Part shown: piece after piece, positions 1-16,176 of the stretch
How the letters are laid out: every line of letters starts with the position of its first letter
Numbering within the stretch: the first letter of the stretch is position 1
Source of the DNA: Macrostomum hystrix
Taxonomy: Eukaryota > Animalia > Platyhelminthes
Reading direction: 5' to 3'
Assembly (NCBI GenBank): GCA_950097015.1
Contig: CATNEN010000039.1
Location: 20,584,001-20,648,000 of the forward strand
Length of the DNA: 64,000 nt
The notes under the pieces: model-generated
Database searches by the model: none
What the model was told of the DNA's origin: nothing
The model's input: the letters and a program-made list of their open reading frames with translations, nothing else
Made by a program: the position numbers and the translations under genes

Positions 1-650
1 CAGGGGTATGCCAGCATATAGCTCCAAGCAAATACTCCCTTGTTTTGCTCCACCATCAATGCCCCTAATGAAAATCTATACGTATTAAGTCTGAGGCTTG
101 AAAATTTAAGGCTAGTACATTTTTTTCATTAGCATTCACCTTTGTATAATCCCTACCCTTATTTCTAACATTTAAGTAATTATATAACCTTTCAGTTTTA
201 CAATCCCCAATATACATTTTTGTCTTCTAACTGGAGACTGAGTGGATCATTTAACAAAAAAGTAAATATATAGCCCCACTTCTTTGTTTTTTCATCTAGT
301 GTAGTTTTTGTTCTTAATGTTCTAGCTTTCAGCTGGTATGTTAAAGAATTGAGTTGATGATAGTTTAAATTACACTTGGTGACCTAGAACAACAATTCTG
401 GATCTACATGTTTTTGTTCATTCCAATTCGGATTGCATAAAAAACAATCATAAAATGAAGCAATGGCCTATTTCATGTTATATGTATATGCTATTAAGAT
501 ATAAGATATTAATTATATTTATATAAATAAAGAATTAAGAAATTTTGAAACAACTGAATGATTTTTTTTATATGAAAGTCATTAGGCCTATCAAACCATC
601 ACTTGTCCTAGACCCCTAGCATAGCATAGTTTTCTATAGTAGGTCTAGCC

Positions 651-920
651 TATACATGCGCAACACCCAGCCGAACCGGCCGGGTGAAACGAGGGCCAAG
701 CAAGGTAAGTCGCAAAAACCAATCGACCAAGAGCAAAAAAACAAAGGGGGGACCAAGGGACAAAAAAGAAGGCGTGAAGAAAAGGAAAAATAGGAGAGAA
801 AAAGAGAGCAAATGAGAGCAAACTAAGTTGTAAATAGAGCAATGAAATGAACTAAGTCGCAAATGAGAGCAAAAACTAAGTTGCATGGCCGGCTAAGATT
901 TGGGAGGTTGCGCATGTATG
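651..920. mobile_element. hAT-superfamily MITE (non-autonomous, 270 bp)
   Basis: 14-bp TIR with 1 mismatch (TATACATGCGCAAC ... GTTGCGCATGTATG), flanked by a perfect 8-bp TSD GTCTAGCC at 643-650 and 921-928. An 8-bp TSD resembling NTCTAGAN is typical of hAT/Charlie. Confidence 0.85.
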
Positions 921-1208
921 GTCTAGCCCCTACATCTTATATTCTAATTCATTTGAGATTAGGGCTTAGGCCCATAGCTTTATGTACCAAAGTAAATGTA
1001 AAGGCCATGTATCTAAACATTAAGTTTTAAATTATAGCTAAATGAATTTCATTTGCTCTTAAGTTTTTGCAAGTGTAAACATAATTGTCAATTCCAAGCA
1101 TGCAGTTCTAAAATAGGTACATGGCTTGAACAAGCTATGCCAGCTCTTATGAAAGAATATTTAAATACCATAAATATAAGTTTGTTAATCTCCACCTTTA
1201 CAGACATT

Positions 1209-5657
<4,449 letters not shown>

Positions 5658-5683
5658 TTCGCTTCTTAACTGTCAATTAAAAA

Positions 5684-5993
5684 TCAATGGAAAATCGATT
5701 ACAATCGATGGGAAAGATATAACAATCGATGGGAAAGATATAACAATCGATGGGAAAGATATAACAATCGATGGGAAATCGATAACAATCGATGGGAAAT
5801 CGATAACAATCGATGGGAAAGATATAACAATCGATGGGAAAGATATAACAATCGATGGGAAAGATATAACAATTGATGGGAAATCGATAACAATCGATGG
5901 GAAATCGATTACAATCGATGGGAAATCGATTACAATCGATGGGAAATCGATTACAATCGATGGGAAATCGATTACAATCGATGGGAAATCGAT
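5684..5993. repeat. 21-nt minisatellite just after the RNF121 stop codon (probable 3' UTR)
   Basis: Unit ATWACAATCGATGGGAAA(TCG/GAT), ~14 copies; AATAAA lies downstream at ~6330. Confidence 0.93.
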
Positions 5994-6616
5994 TTTAAAA
6001 TTGTATTTTTTTTTATAGCGACAGATGCAAAATGTTTGCTTTTAGCAATATAAAATAGTTTCAAATGCAGTGATGTAATACTTTTATAGTCCCGAAAAAA
6101 ATAACTAGTAGAATAACTGCGTTCCATTGTTAATTCACTTACATGCCTCTGTACTCCATTTTATCTAAATATTTTTATTGGTTTGCTTTCTATCTTTAAA
6201 TTGTTTTTTATCCACTGTAGGGATTTTTGGGAAAGAGGAGTTGTGACCCACTGTCATGGAGTTTTCATGTAATCAGCAGCAAGAAATCAAAATGATTAGT
6301 TACTATTAAGTATATCATATTATTAGTTTAATAAAGCGTTTCCATTATTTCTATGCTATTCTATATATGCATTACGGAACTAAATGCTCAGAAGTCGGTT
6401 AGAAAGTACATTGTTATCGTTTGGTCCGAGTCATTTTTTAGTGTCTTCTGTGTTTTGACTATTGTTATTAGTAACTTAATGTGACTAAGCCATGCTATAA
6501 TGCTGTTAATGCATTAGTATGCATTTTTTACTTGTGTACCCTTACTGCACTAGGTAATGTCTTGAATTGGTTTGTATTTTTTTATTTACTAACTAGTTAA
6601 AAAAACAAAAAGTTAG

Positions 6617-7350
6617 TCTGTTACCCCTGAATGACAGGTAGGTAGTGTCTGTACTCCTGAATGACAGGTAGGTAGTGTCTGTACTCCTGAATGACAGGTA
6701 GGTAGTGTCTGTACTCCTGAATGACAGGTAGGTAGTGTCTGTACCCTCTGAATGACAGGTAGGTAGTGTCTGTACTCCTGAATGACAGGTAGGTAGTGTC
6801 TGTACCCTCTGAATGACAGGTAGATAGCGTCTGTACCCTCTGAATGACAGGTAGGTAGTGTCTACCGTCTGAATGACAGGTAGGTAGTGTCTACTCCTGA
6901 ATGACAGGTAGGTAGTGTCTGTACCCTCTGAATGACAGGTAGGTAGTGTCTACCGTCTGAATGACAGGTAGGTAGTGTCTGTACCCTCTGAATGACAGGT
7001 AGGTAGTGTCTGTACCGTCTGAATGACAGGTAGGTAGCGTCTGTACCGTCTGAATGACAGGTAGGTAGTGTCTGTACTCCTGAATGACAGGTAGGTAGTG
7101 TCTGTACCCTCTGAATGACAGGTAGGTAGTGTCTGTACCCCCTGAATGACAGGTAGGTAGTGCCTGTACCCCTGAATGACAGGTAGGTAGTGTCTGTACT
7201 CCTGAATGACAGGTAGGTAGTGTCTGTACTCCTGAATGACAGGTAGGTAGTGTCTGTACCCCTGAATGACAGGTAGGTAGTGTCTGTACCCCTGAATGAC
7301 AGGTGGGTAGTGTCCGTACCCCTGAATGACAGGTAGGTAGTGTCCGTACT
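6617..7350. repeat. 30-31-nt minisatellite between RNF121 and UBE2K
   Basis: Unit TCTGTAC(T)CCTGAATGACAGGTAGGTAGTG, ~24 copies. Confidence 0.96.
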
Positions 7351-7819
7351 CGAACTTCAGTTTACTTATCGTGGAGCTCAGTTAACGCTACTTAACTTTC
7401 TTCGATTCGCTAATCTCAGTCTGTCTGTTTGAGAAATAGGTCTTATCTACAGGCCTAGTGGTCTCTATATTTCTTGTCTCTATATTAAGTTGCGAATTAT
7501 ATGTTGCCTGTTAATTAGAACAATAGAGTTCTTCTTGAGTCAGAATTACTTATTATTACAAAATAGTTCACCTCTTTAATTTGCTTAATTGTTGCCATGT
7601 GACAAGAACAAGCGTAATAAAAAAAATGATCAATTAAACAAATAATATATCTTAATGCGATTGCTTAGTTCGTTCATTTTTACGTTTGTAAATTAGTAAA
7701 ATTGTAGTAAATTGAATAGTTTCATATTTAGGCTCCCAGAATAAATAGATTTTACTTAGACACCAAAACAAAACAGGCTCGATTCACAAAAACCCACTCA
7801 TTGACACAGCATATCATTT

Positions 7820-8860
7820 ACACCTGACCCACTTCACACCTGACCCACTTCACACCTGACCCACTTCACACCTGACCCACTTCACACCTGACCCACTTCA
7901 CACCTGACCCACTTCACACCTGACCCACTTCACACCTGACCCATTTCACACCTGACCCATTTCACACCTGACCCACTTCACACCTGACCCACCGTAACCT
8001 GACTCACTGTCAGCGTTTCCAATCCTTCCTGCGCGGAAGTGCGGAATCTGCGCGGAACTTTTTTTATTCATTGGTGAAAACACTGCTCACTGTATCCTTC
8101 ACATCTGGCTCACTGTATTCTTCACATCTGATCCACTGTATCCTTCACACCTGATCCACTGTATCCTTCACACCTGACCTACTGTATCCTTCACACCTGA
8201 CTCCGATATCTTTCAAACCTGACCCACCGTATCCTTCACACCTGACCCACTGTATCCTTCACACCTGACTCCGATATCCTTCACACCTGACCCACTGTAT
8301 CCTTCAAACCTGACCCCCATATCCTTCACACCTGATCCACTGTATCCTTCACACCTGACTCCGATATCCTTCACACCTGACCCACTGTATCCTCCACACC
8401 TGACTCCGATATCCTTCACACCTGACCCACTGTATCCTTCACACCTGACCCACTGTATCCTTCACACCTGACCCACTGTATCCTTCAAACCTGACCCACT
8501 GTATCCTTCACACCTGACCCACTGTATCCTTCACACCTGACCCACTGTATCCTTCACACCTGACCCACTGTATCCTTCACACCTGACCCACTGTATCCTT
8601 CACACCTGACCCACTGTATCCTTCACACCTGACTCCCATATCCTTCACACCTGATCCACTGTATCCTTCACACCTGATCCACTGTATCCTTCACACCTGA
8701 CACCCATATCCTTCACACCTGATCCACTGTATCCTTCACACCTGACACCCATATCCTTCACACCTGATCCACTGTATCCTTCACACCTGATCCACTGTAT
8801 CCTTCACACCTGACTCACTGTATCCTTCACACCTGATCCACCGTATCCTTCATACCTGAC
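7820..8860. repeat. Two related minisatellites (16-nt, then 23-nt) upstream of UBE2K
   Basis: CACACCTGACCCACTT at 7820-8000 and CACACCTGACCCACTGTATCCTT at ~8082-8860, separated by ~80 nt of unique sequence. Confidence 0.95.
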
Positions 8861-8924
8861 AACGTTATCCTTCCTCAGCAAGCAAGCCACCCGGCTGCAG
8901 CAACAGCGGGCTCAAAGCAAAAAA

Positions 8925-10020
8925 ATGGCCAGCATTGCCGACCAGCGAATCCGTCGCGAATTCAAAGAAGTCATGACTAGCAAAGAGATCACCAGCCATC
9001 AGATACGAGTTCATCCGGCCTCTGATTCTCTCCGCGAGCTGCGCGGCGAAATCGCCGGTCCGCCTGACACGCCGTACGAGCACGGCCGCTACCAGCTTGA
9101 GATTCGCATACCGGACACCTATCCGTTCTCGCCGCCGGTTGTTAAATTTGTCACCAGAATCTGGCATCCGAATATCAGCTCTGTAACTGGCGCCATCTGT
9201 TTAGATATTCTCAAAGATCAGTGGGCAGCCGCTATGACTCTGCGCACTGTACTGCTGTCTCTGCAGGCCCTCCTAGCCGCAGCCGAGCCAGACGATCCGC
9301 AGGACGCCGTTGTTGCTGGCCAGTACCGGGAGCGTCACGACATCTTTCTAGCGACGGCTCGGCACTGGGCGTACGCCTACGCCGGCGCGCCTGACAGGGA
9401 GCCGGAGCTTACTCGGAAGGTGGCGTCTCTAAAACAGATGGGATTTTCAGAGGTGTGTATAAGGTTTTTGCTTTTAGGCACAATGCTTTTAAGATGCAAT
9501 TTTTATCCTACATACATTAGAATTTATATTTTTGAAAAATAATTGCACAGCTAACTAATGAAAACTTAAAAAAGTTCTTGCTAAAATTTAGTTTGGGATT
9601 TCCAGTGTTGCTTACTAAAAATACACTGAGTAACTTCCTTTTTAGGCTACTTCTGCTAGTGCTGATGAACTGATGTTTTCAGTTAATTAATTTTACTTTA
9701 GCTAATTAAAAATCCTCTATTCAGGCTACTAAATTAATTTAATTACGTGCGAAGTTTACCTTTGTAATGTTTCTTAGTCACATTTCTTGGAATCAAGGCG
9801 TGAGTGGCGAGAATTGCCATCGCCCGCAGCCCTCGTGCAATTATTATTAATAAAATTTCTTGTAATAATTAACCGAGAGGTCCCAAGTTCGATTTTCTAT
9901 TTAGTAACAAACTGTTAATTTTTCTTTAACTTTCAGCACGACAGCCGTGTGGCTCTGTCGATGCACATGTGGAATGTCGACCGGGCCACCGAGCACCTGT
10001 TGAGCCAGGCCGATAGCTGA
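8925..10020 (+). CDS. UBE2K: Ubiquitin-conjugating enzyme E2 K (HIP2/E2-25K) with C-terminal UBA domain; exons 8925-9452 and 9937-10020
   Basis: MASIADQRIRREFKEV..GPPDTPYEHGRY..WHPNISSVTGAICLDILKDQWAAAMTLRTVLLSLQALLAAAEPDDPQDAVVA contains the catalytic Cys and UBE2K-specific motifs. A phase-0 GT-AG intron joins MGFSE to HDSRVALSMHMWNVDRATEHLLSQADS* (UBA). Confidence 0.95.
9797..9897 (+). mobile_element. SINE family A fragments in the UBE2K intron
   Basis: Head-like GTGAGTGGCGAG, family A 3' end GCCCGCAGCCCTCGTGCAATTATTATT, and B-box-like GTTCGATT. Confidence 0.5.
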
Positions 10021-10559
10021 GCAGTGCATACTAGCTCTCCTTTGCGCTTTTTATCAATAATTTATTATTGACAGGAAAACAGATGGGCTTCTTTTGTCCG
10101 GTGTTCTTTTAGCCAACACATGTTTTTGTCACATTGTCTGTTACGGCCGACAGACATCCGCAGCTTGTGTATTCTGTACAGATTATTCAGTATATAATTT
10201 TACGCATACCTATTTGTGAACCGTACTTAAATCCCTGTGGGTTTTATGTCTGTCTAAAAATCACCTGTCTTTCTAATCCAGTTTCTCAATCTCTGACCCC
10301 TGCCTCCTCTCATTCCTTTATCCTATTTTCTATTTTATATTCAGCTGTCTATTTCATCCTCAGCTAATGCTAAATAATAAAATATACCATTTCCACTTAA
10401 TTAATTAATCAGTTTGATTGTGCCGGTAACAAGCAGCGTGTTACTAAATTACATATAAAAAAATTTTCGACTCTCTTTTTTAGAATATTAAGCTTACTTG
10501 CTGTTCCATTTCTGTCGCTACTGAAAGAAACACTGCTTGTTGACTTTATCCCAAACTAG

Positions 10560-12203
10560 TTTCCCAGATCCTCAGTTTAGTCACATTCCCAGATCCTCAG
10601 TTTAAAGACATTCCCAGATCCTCAGTTTTGTCACATTCCCAGATCCTCAGTTTAGACACATTCCCAGATCCTCAGTTTAAATACACATTCCCAGATCCTC
10701 AGTTTAAATACAGATTCCCAGATCCTCAGTTTAAATACACATTCCCAGATCCTCAGTTTAGACACATTCCCAGATCCTCAGTTTAAATACACATTCCCAG
10801 ATCCTCAGTTTAAATACACATTCCCAGATCCTCAGTTTAGACACATTCCCAGATCCTCAGTTTTGTCAAATTCCCAGATCCTCAGTTTAGACACATTCCC
10901 AGATCCTCAGTTTAGACACATTCCCAGATCCTCAGTTTAGACACATTCCCAGATCCTCAGTTTTGTCAAATTCCCAGATCCTCAGTTTAGACACATTCCC
11001 AGATCCTCAGTTTAGACACATTCCCAGATCCTCAGTTTTGTCACATTCCCAGATCCTCAGTTTAGACACATTCCCAGATCCTCAGTTTAGACACATTCCC
11101 AGATCCTCAGTTTTGTCACATTCCCAGATCCTCAGTTTAGACACATTCCCAGATCCTCAGTTTTGTCACATTCCCAGATCCTCAGTTTAGACACATTTTC
11201 AGATCCTCAGTTTAGACACATTCCCAGATCCTCAGTTTAGACACATTCCCAGATCCTCAGTTTAGACACATTCCCAGATCCTCAGTTTAAATACACATTC
11301 CCAGATCCTCAGTTTAAATACACATTCCCAGATCCTCAGTTTAGACACATTCCCAGATCCTCAGTTTAAATACACATTCCCAGATCCTCAGTTTAGACAC
11401 ATTCCCAGATCCTCAGTTTAAAGACATTCCCAGATCCTCAGTTTAAAGACATTCCCAGATCCTCAGTTTAGACACATTCCCAGATCCTCAGTTTAGACAC
11501 ATTCCCAGATCCTCAGTTTTGTCAAATTCCCAGATCCTCAGTTTAGACACATTCCCAGATCCTCAGTTTAGACACATTCCCAGATCCTCAGTTTAGACAC
11601 ATTCCCAGATCCTCAGTTTTGTCAAATTCCCAGATCCTCAGTTTAGACACATTCCCAGATCCTCAGTTTAGACACATTCCCAGATCCTCAGTTTTGTCAC
11701 ATTCCCAGATCCTCAGTTTAGACACATTCCCAGATCCTCAGTTTAGACACATTCCCAGATCCTCAGTTTTGTCACATTCCCAGATCCTCAGTTTAGACAC
11801 ATTCCCAGATCCTCAGTTTTGTCACATTCCCAGATCCTCAGTTTAGACACATTTTCAGATCCTCAGTTTAGACACATTCCCAGATCCTCAGTTTAGACAC
11901 ATTCCCAGATCCTCAGTTTAGACACATTCCCAGATCCTCAGTTTAAATACACATTCCCAGATCCTCAGTTTAAATACACATTCCCAGATCCTCAGTTTAG
12001 ACACATTCCCAGATCCTCAGTTTAAATACACATTCCCAGATCCTCAGTTTAGACACATTCCCAGATCCTCAGTTTAAAGACATTCCCAGATCCTCAGTTT
12101 AAAGACATTCCCAGATCCTCAGTTTAGACACATTCCCAGATCCTCAGTGTAGACACATTCCCAGATCCTCAGTTTAAAGATACATGCGCAGATCCTCAGT
12201 TTA
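10560..12203. repeat. 22/24-nt minisatellite with a 656-bp higher-order duplication
   Basis: Unit CACATTCCCAGATCCTCAGTTTAGA and variants. The variant pattern recurs at a 656-nt offset (identical ORFs at 10963 and 11619). Confidence 0.96.
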
Positions 12204-12869
12204 CAATGGAGTGCATCTAGGTGCTCAAAAATTCATCGCAAGGTTTGTTAATCACACCAATTCTCGATGCCGTCATCATTCAATACCTTCTGCATTTTGT
12301 GATTAGCTTGATAAGTAATTAACTAATAAATAATGTCCCATAGTAGTTAATTAGCTCGAAAGGCAATCGCTTTAATTATAGAAATTCAAGTAGCCAATAA
12401 AGAACAAACCGAATTATTAAAGAAGAGACTCGGATACGTTGATTTCGCATTGCGGCAACATTTAGGATGCATTATTGCGTTTAACGCAATTATTATTATT
12501 TATTTATAAAGTTCAGCAAATGTACGAGTAGTATGAGAAAGAGAACGCAGAATATATCATAATTCAGTGTATACCGAGATGAGTCTCTTACTTGTATGGA
12601 ATGCATACACAACAGTGTACAATGGCCAGGTAAAACCAGCATTAATACAATACAGGAAATTGATTTTGACGGGACTTTGTTTAATAAAGTCCCACCTTAA
12701 TTGATTCTCTGCATGGAGATTAAAAATTTGTTTTGAAGAAAACTTTTAATAACTAAAAGGGTGCGCTATAAAATAAGATTTGACGACCAAGAATCACGCA
12801 CTTGACAATAATAACATTTTCAGCCCTCAACTCTGTCTCTCGTCTGTATCGTTTCTCCCCTCACATCTA

Positions 12870-13310
12870 TATATCTCCCTTGTCTCATCTTTCCTGTCTC
12901 CTCTCTCCCGTCTCCTCTCTCCCGTCTCATCTCTCCCCTGTCTCACATCTCTCTTTTCTCATCTCTGCCCTGTCTCATCTCTGCCCTGTCTCATCTCTCC
13001 CCTGTCTCATCTCTGCCCTGTCTCATCTCTGCCCTGTCTCATCTCTCCCGTCTCCTTTCTCCCGTCTCATCTCTCCCCTGTCTCTCATCTCTACCCTGTC
13101 TGATCTCTGCCCTGTCTCATCTCTGCCCTGTCTCATCTCTGCCCTGTCTCATCTCTCCCGTCTCCTCTCTCCCCCTGTCTCGTCTCTCCCGTCTCATCTC
13201 TCCCCTGTCTCACATCTCCCGTGTCTCATCTCTCCCCAGTCTCATCTCTCCCGTCTCATCTCTCCCCTGTCTCATCTCTCCCCTGTCTCCTCTCTCCCGT
13301 CTCATCTCTT
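12870..13310. repeat. Pyrimidine-rich degenerate ~16-nt repeat
   Basis: TCTCATCTCT(G/C)CCCTG units downstream of the GPCR. Confidence 0.9.
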
Positions 13311-13448
13311 CATTGAAAATTATCTCTCCTCAGTCAATGCGGCCAGCTGTCGCCTTTTAGTTGTTCTCTTCGGTCCGTGAGGTATAATTGCCGCGACCCC
13401 TGCTTTAGCTACAGGAGAAATGTGATGCACACGACCCGGGAGCGGGCC

Positions 13449-14546
13449 TCAGACGCTGGTGACCGCATGCAGCCTTTTGGAGGCGCTGTCCGAGCTAGAC
13501 GGTCTCGGCGTCCGGCGATGAGCGGCGCTAAAGCGATGCTTCATTCGCTGCAGGCTGGCTCTGAAGGTGCGGCTGTAACTCATCAGCACCAGAAAGTTCA
13601 GGCAGGAGTCCAACGGCACGCACAGCATGCCCCAGGAGGTGACCGACTCCAGCAGGAACAGGGCTGGCTGCAGGTCGAGCAGCGTCTCGAACGGGTGTGT
13701 CAGGAAGTGAAAAAAGGTCGCCAGCTGGAGGGTGGCAAACGGGAACTCCAGAGCGACGAAGCCGAAGGACAGCATGAGGATCATTTTGCAGGAGCGGCGC
13801 AGGGAGCTGTGTTGAAAGGTCTGCCGCTTCAAGGCCCAGGCCATGCGACCGCCCAGGCCGGCGATGCCGAGGCCTGGCAGTAGGACGCCCAGCAGGGCGA
13901 GGCTGGCGAATCGCAGCAGGCCGGGCCGGATTTTGTCGCGGAACTCGGCAACGCTCATCATTTGCAGCGTCCCGTTGGTGCCGACTGGCCAACTCAGCGA
14001 AGTCTTTGTTGTCATAGTGGAAACTGTCGTCACGTCTTCAAGTTCCTTTGAATCCTCGATTGAAGAGCTAGCGACGTTCTCAGTTGAGCTGTCTGGGAGC
14101 TTGCCGCTGGCAAGGACGGCACTCACGAACACGAGGGCAGCCGACAGGCACACAATGAGCAACATCGCCTTGGCCTGGTTGCGCCAATTGAACCAGTCCG
14201 GTCTGCCGCGCAGCGGCCGGATCACCGCGAAGGTCCTGCAGGCGGTGAGCACAAGGAGCCAGCCGTTGCGCACAGTGTGCAGGGTGTGTAGGCCGGAGTC
14301 CAAGCTGCCGCGCTGCTGCGGCCAGTCCAGACGATGCAGCGTCAGGTGCAACGCCAGGAATAGCGTCAGCGAGATCTCCGTGGCTGTCAGCACTAGCAGG
14401 CTGTTGCCCTTGCTGCGAGTTGGCCCAACCGGGCCGCCTTTGATGAGCACGGTCATCAGGAAGATGTTCATGCACAGGGCGGTCATGGCAGCCGCTAGCG
14501 TCAGTGCCCATGGCACAGTCTCGTTAATTGGAGCATCGTCTTCCAT
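13449..14546 (-). CDS. Intronless orphan rhodopsin-like (class A) GPCR, peptide-receptor-like, 365 aa
   Basis: Seven hydrophobic segments; TM1 Asn (CMNIFL); TM3 end ACRTFAVIRPL (DRY-equivalent plus RP); TM5 Pro; TM6 KMILMLSFGFVALEFP; TM7 DSCLNFLVL followed by helix-8 SRTFR; N-terminal NET glycosylation site. Confidence 0.88.
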   Translation of the reverse strand: MEDDAPINETVPWALTLAAAMTALCMNIFLMTVLIKGGPVGPTRSKGNSLLVLTATEISLTLFLALHLTLHRLDWPQQRGSLDSGLHTLHTVRNGWLLVLTACRTFAVIRPLRGRPDWFNWRNQAKAMLLIVCLSAALVFVSAVLASGKLPDSSTENVASSSIEDSKELEDVTTVSTMTTKTSLSWPVGTNGTLQMMSVAEFRDKIRPGLLRFASLALLGVLLPGLGIAGLGGRMAWALKRQTFQHSSLRRSCKMILMLSFGFVALEFPFATLQLATFFHFLTHPFETLLDLQPALFLLESVTSWGMLCVPLDSCLNFLVLMSYSRTFRASLQRMKHRFSAAHRRTPRPSSSDSASKRLHAVTSV

Positions 14547-14822
14547 GATGCGGGATTTTTGATGGCTTGAATGTCCCGTCGAGTTCTGGTCGTCGGCATG
14601 GATTTTTCTCTGAATATTCTCTGTTTGATTGTCTCCAGTTTTTCAGTTTCTCTGAGATCCAATCAAAATTCAGAAGAATTTTCGCTTCTGCAGTGGAGAC
14701 CAGAGAAGGATTGCGATTGGTCGGATGAAGCCAGACTGAAACACATTTCTGTCTAGGCTTTCGGGAAACTCGAATGACAGGTAAATATCAGATGTCCTGT
14801 CCACTCTGTCTTTAAAGTGGCT

Positions 14823-15131
14823 GTCAAGTCTTTCTTTGTCGTGTCTGTCCAGTCTGTCTTTGAGGTGGTTGTCCAGTCTGACTTTGTAGCGTCTTTGAGG
14901 ATAGTTGTCCAGTCTGAATGTGAGGTGGCTGTCCAGTCTGGCTTTGAGGTGGCTGTCCAGTCTGTCCTTTTAGGTGGCTGTCCAGTCTGTCTTTGAGGTG
15001 GCTGTCAAGTCTGTCTTTGTCGTGTCTGTCCATTCTGTCTTTGAGGTGGTTGTCCAGTCTGACTTTGTAGCGTCTTTGAGGATAGTTGTCCAGTCTGACT
15101 GTGAGGTGGCTGTCCAGTCTGTCTTTGAGGT
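14823..15131. repeat. Degenerate ~24-nt repeat upstream of the GPCR
   Basis: GTCCAGTCTGTCTTTGAGGTGGCT units with a ~180-nt block duplication. Confidence 0.85.
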
Positions 15132-16176
15132 GTTTGCACAGTGAATCATTGATGAGTTTTCTACTCTATATTTGACTTAGGATACGAGCTATAATTAAAT
15201 CAGTCATCGATGCGAACGAGAACTGTAGTACGGGTTACTTTGGAAGGAAATGACGCATATGGAACATTTTTTTAATTTTTTTTCCTCACAACTTTTTCTT
15301 TTCGAGTTGGAACTATGCGAAGAGACTGCGCATCGGTGCATAGCCTCATTTTCGCTGTCCGTAAAAAAAGTAGTTATATAATTATGTGTCAATCGAACTC
15401 GGCATATGGAACATCGCACTGGAAAGCTAACTAAGATACTGACATTTTTTAACGTGACTTGGCATAATAATGTCATCTGTGATAATTAATATAGACAGGC
15501 CGGGCATTCAGACAGGAGTACTTCTAAGCATAATTATAAAATCTTAAGTGAGCAAATATTTAGAAGTCTGGGTCTCCATCAGATCTTAATACTTTTTTGT
15601 ATCGAGCTGTATTGATTACAATTAAAAACATTTAATTAAATTTAATTACAAAACTCGCACTAATATAGAAGACCACTGCGTATAAATAGAATCGCAAGAT
15701 GTATACACAGAAAAAATTACGAAGCCCGTATAACTCAAAAGTCAGTCAGGGAGACCCTAAGCTTCTCTATCCTCCAGCCAGCCAATCAAATTGCGACAGA
15801 CATCACCCCTTACCCTTCATGTTAGGTTTGATGCCACTGGCTCTTACCTCAGTCATTCTACTGGCTCTCAGTGCGACACCACCCAATCCACCCCCCTTTT
15901 ATCGATCGCTTTATCGGCGAGGCTTAGAGCGCAGTCGTGTACAAACCCTGGCAGCCCAAGTTTATTTCATTTCAAGCTCTGCACCCCCTATGCCTAATTA
16001 TCGAGCTATGCTGTATCACAAAACATATCCAGCCTATTAAAACATACGAACTAAATAAAAACAACATTCTGACAGACTAACACCGAACTACTGAACTGCT
16101 CAACTATTGACTAGCTTTGCTCTAGGTTCTGCACAACAAATCGAACAGGAGGAGAAAGTCAAGGGCCCAAATTAAA

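Noticed and set aside
13377-14562. Overlapping or antisense ORFs over the GPCR, and 8865-9167 (-) over UBE2K
   Set aside because: Shadow frames of GC-rich coding sequence with no recognisable features.
15681-15745. TATAAA plus a possible non-coding first exon for the giant gene
   Set aside because: Plausible, given the acceptor at 16125, but a lone TATA word in AT-rich DNA is insufficient support.
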